DNA from: Alphaproteobacteria bacterium
Lineage (GTDB): Bacteria; Pseudomonadota; Alphaproteobacteria; Bin95
NCBI GenBank assembly: GCA_963665325.3
Contig: CAXXWS020000004.1
Span: 32,001 to 96,000, forward strand
Direction of reading: 5' to 3'
Length of the DNA stretch: 64,000 bases
Made by a program: the position numbers and the translations under genes. The first letter of the stretch is position 1. Each line of letters opens with the position of its first letter. Below the pieces are notes generated by a model, which did not search any database, was not told the origin of the DNA, and saw nothing but the letters and a program-made list of their open reading frames with translations. This document shows positions 60,629 through 64,000 of the stretch, one piece after another.

Positions 60629-61879
60629 TGGAGTGGGCCCCATGGGTCGGACAGTTTCAAGCGGCATTTTTTGACAGGGTAGCGGGACTGTGTCTCCTCG
60701 AAGCGTTTGGGGCTGAGATATCCGAGCGCGGAGTGCAGGCGCCTGTTGTTGTAGCTGTCGATGAAGCGCGGCAGTTGCTGTGCGACGTCTTCGGCGGTCT
60801 CGAAGGCCATGGGATAGACGCCCTCGACCTTCAGGGTTTTCATGAAGCTTTCCATCATGGCGTTGTCGTAGGGGTTGGCGCGTCGTCCCATCGAGCCTTT
60901 CAGCCCGTGCCTGACGAGCCGTGTCCGGTAGGCGTGAGCGGCGTATTGCGAGCCCCTGTCGGAGTGGTGGATGCAGCCGCGCGGCGGGTTGCGGTTGCCG
61001 ATCGCCTTGTCCAGCGCCGCGAGCGTGAGCCTGGCATCGATCCGCTCGCCGAGCGCATAGCCGACAATGCGGCGCGACCAGGCGTCCATGATCGCGGCCA
61101 GATAGACGAAGCCGCCGAGGATGGCGATGTAGGTCAGGTCGGCGACCCAGAGCCGGTTCGGGCCCTCGACCTCGCAGTCCCCGGACCGGTCCGGGAAGAT
61201 CGGCTCGTCGTGGTCGCTGTCCGTCGTGGCGACAAAGCGGCGCCTGCGCGGCGGCTGCAAGGCGTGTTCGCGCATCAGCCGCTTGACCTTCTTGTGGTTG
61301 ACGGTCCAGCCCCGGTGCCGAAGTTCCGCCTGCATGCGCCGCCAGCCATAGGCCTCGAACTCGTCCTTGATCGCGTGCATTGCCTCGACCAGGGCGGTGT
61401 CGTCGACCGGGCTCTGCGGCTCGCGGTAGTAGCTGGAGCGCGCGATCCCCATCAGCCGGCATCCTTCGGCGATGGACAGGCCTCGGGGCCGGCGATCACG
61501 GACATGGGCGCGCGTCTCGACCGTCGTCCTTGCCGCAGAGCCCCCTTTAGGAACTCCAACTCCGCGGCCTGCTTGCCGACCAGCCGTTCGAGCGTCGCGA
61601 TCCGGGCTTCATACTCCCGAAGCGTGTCTGCCGCCTCGGCCTCCTCGTCGAAGGCGCCCACCTCGTATTTCTCCAACCACAGCCGGATCAGAGTGCGTGA
61701 CAGGTCGTGGCGGCGGGCCAGACCGTAAAATGTCTCACCTGCAAGATACTCCTCAACGACCTGGCGCTTGAAGGCCATGCTGTGTGTGCGGTGCTTCCTC
61801 ATGGGCTGTGATCCTTCCAATGCCCGCGCACCTGTCAATTTCCTTCAACCAAACTGTCCGAACCCAGGGGCCCACTCCA
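60629..61879 (-). mobile_element. IS3-family element, 1251 bp (orfA 61452-61802, orfB from 61452)
   Basis: TG...CA ends; TIRs TGGAGTGGGCCCC..GG.CGGACAGTTT; WVADLTY, HHSDRGSQY, DNAMMESF; TGATG coupling. Confidence 0.93.
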
Positions 61880-62118
61880 ATCGTGGCAGATCGTCGTCAG
61901 AATTCGTGCGAAATCGTGAATTGGCACCCTGCGACGGCACCCCCTCTCGCTCGGCGAGGCTAACCACGATTGATGTTGGGCGTTCACGGTATCTCTCCTC
62001 GCATCAGTCCGGCGCGCAGCACATCCTCCATGTGCCCGGCAACCGCAAATACCATGGCAGCGTGATCGACCCGGCCCGACGACTGGAACAGTCCCGATCA
62101 CCTTTAGGCACTCCAACC

Positions 62119-62137
62119 CGTTGCCGATTCGGCAACG
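62119..62137. promoter_or_regulatory. Perfect palindrome, candidate operator
   Basis: CGTTGCCGA-T-TCGGCAACG about 80 bp upstream of the SBP gene. Confidence 0.5.
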
Positions 62138-62214
62138 CATAGGACGAAAAATTGTGATCCTCGCGAACGCTTCGCACGGTTATCGTCGTTCCGTGGTCAC
62201 CAGGGAGGTTACCG

Positions 62215-63057
62215 ATGGCAACGCACAATCATCTCCTCGCTTCACCCCGCCGCCGCCAGGTTCTGAAATACGGCGCAGCCCTGGGCGGGGCCGCGGCAGC
62301 GTCCTCGTTCGTTACCGTGGAGACGCTGGCCGCCGGCAAGGCGAAGGTCAACATGCAGCTCGGCTGGCTCGCCAGCAACGGCATCATGGGCGAAGTCGTG
62401 GCCAACCGGATGGGCTATTACGAAGAGGAAGGCATCGACCTCGAGGTCACGCCGGGCGGTCCCGGTGTGGACGGTGTCGCCTCGGTCGCGGCCGCCCGCG
62501 CGCAGGCAGGCCAGCTCTCCTCCAGCCCGTCGCTGATGCTCGCCCGCTCCGCAGGCATTCCGATCAAGGCGTTCGCCGCGGGCTACCAGAAGCATCCGTT
62601 CACCTACTTCTCGCTCGAGAACGATCCCATCCGCACTCCCAAGGACATGGTTGGCAAGACCATCGCCACCCAGCCGACGGCGGTAATCCTGCTCCGGGCG
62701 CTGCTGGCGAAGAACGGCATTGCCGAGGACCGGGTCGAGGTGGTCAAGATGGGCAGCGACATGAACCAGCTGATGACCGGCCAGGCAGCCGCCGTCACCG
62801 GCTGGATGACCAACACCAACGCGCTCAAGGTGCTGGGCGACGGCCGTGTCGACATGATGCTCTGGGATGCCGGCATCCAGCTTTACGCCAATGTCTACTA
62901 CACCACCGACGACATGCTCGCGAACCACGCCGACGTGCTCGCCCGTTTCCTCACCGGCTCTGCACGCGGGTGGGGCGAGGCCCGCAGGGATCCGGAGGCC
63001 GGTGTCGACCACCTGGTGGCGGAGTACAGGAACCTGAGCCGCGAGAGCGAGCTGGAC
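62215..63057 (+). pseudogene. NMT1/THI5-like ABC substrate-binding protein (Tat signal), interrupted near its 3' end
   Basis: RRQVLK Tat motif, MQLGW, PGGP; coding pattern breaks at GTAAGC (63058). Confidence 0.8.
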
Positions 63058-64000
63058 GTAAGCCTTCGGGCGAGCCGTGAGAAATCCGACAACGGTTCGT
63101 GATCCAGAGCGAATCGAGGTGCCGCAAGGGGGCTGGTAACGCGGAGAACCCTGCGCTATCGTCGGGCGCATGGTGGTTCTCGACGCTGATCTTGCCACGA
63201 CAGACCTGACGCCGGTCGAGGTCGACGGGGGGATACGGTTTTCTCCCGCGCCCCGGCCAGAGCACGAGCCGTGCGATTTGCTGACGCTGTTGCAGCGTGA
63301 GCGCGCCCGTGCGGATCGGGAACAAGCGCGCGCGGACGCGGCGGAGGCGCGCGTTGAGGAATTGCGCTGGGCCGAAGTGGCTGCCCGTAGCGATGCCGGT
63401 TCGTGGAAGTCGCGGTTCGGCAAGTGCCGCAGCAAGCTGACGGCGGTCGAGGAAGAGACCAGGGAACTGCGCCGCGCGGTCAAGACCGTCCCCTTGTTGC
63501 AGACGGAGCTGGCGCAGTTGGAGAAACTTCTGTGCGCCCCCGGGAAACTTCTGTGCGCCCCCGGCCTTGAGCCGGGCGAAGGCGCGAGGATCGTATCCGC
63601 GCGCATCGTGATCGGTCGAATGCGCGGTCTCGTGTCGACGGACGCCGCTGAGCGATCCGAGGCCGCGCGGCGCAGTCGAATGGCGCCGGCACGCGAGATG
63701 TCGGTCAAATCGCTGTACACCCAGATTGCCCGGCTCAACAAGCAGTTGGAAGAGGAGAAGGAGAGGTCGGAAAGCATCAGGGAAACCGCCAAGGCGCTGT
63801 CCCGCGAGAACCTGAGCTTCCGCAGGGAGCTGACGTTCCTGAGAGACGCCGAGATCCGGTCCCGGTCGCTGTCCCACGAAGTGTCCGGGCTGCGCTATGC
63901 GCTGAAGATGTCCGAGGCCAGGCGGGAGAAGCTGAAGGCCCGGATTGCCAAGCTGCGCGCGGCCGGGGCGACGCTGACGAAGTTGCCGTTCGACGAGGTG
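63058..64000 (+). mobile_element. Probable IS66-like element, left part; ORF 63170->64000 open to the window edge, coiled-coil-rich
   Basis: GTAAGC terminus at a gene disruption; 277 stop-free codons of heptad-like sequence; catalytic domain not in window. Confidence 0.55.

Noticed and set aside
61921-61940. sigma54 promoter (TGGCAC)
   Set aside because: No TTGC at the -12 position.

Overview
High-GC alphaproteobacterial DNA. The gene content (many TauD, SDR, ABC and TRAP genes, plus a Calx-beta autotransporter) resembles host- or sponge-associated Rhodospirillales-like genomes; this is inference only. Bases 1-14.5 kb are an accessory, ICE-like region. It holds the start of an F-type conjugation operon (traK-traE-traL-traA) behind an excisionase/RdfS-like HTH gene, an FseA-like (DUF6499/DUF2285) activator split by a -1 frameshift, and a ~2000-aa Calx-beta/lectin-like autotransporter preceded by about 34 copies of an 8-bp repeat. 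It also holds a TbpB-like lipoprotein, decayed genes (an IS110 remnant and a type IIG R-M tail), and an unexplained cassette made of a LexA-box promoter, a structured leader, a 20-codon ORF and a 3x3 GTCATG array. Bases 14.9-60.5 kb are mostly metabolic or housekeeping: a peptide ABC operon, 2 TauD, amidase, a cytochrome c operon, nrdA, MFS pumps, SDRs, an Mrr-like nuclease, IS5, Hsp20, glnS, a TAXI-TRAP pair, dinB, rpmG, two RND systems, HDAC, LLM, HMG-CoA lyase and a CoA transferase. The right end carries an IS3 element and an IS66-like element that truncates an NMT1/THI5-type binding-protein gene. I saw no rRNA, tRNA or CRISPR array. All family calls are motif recognition by eye, with no database search.
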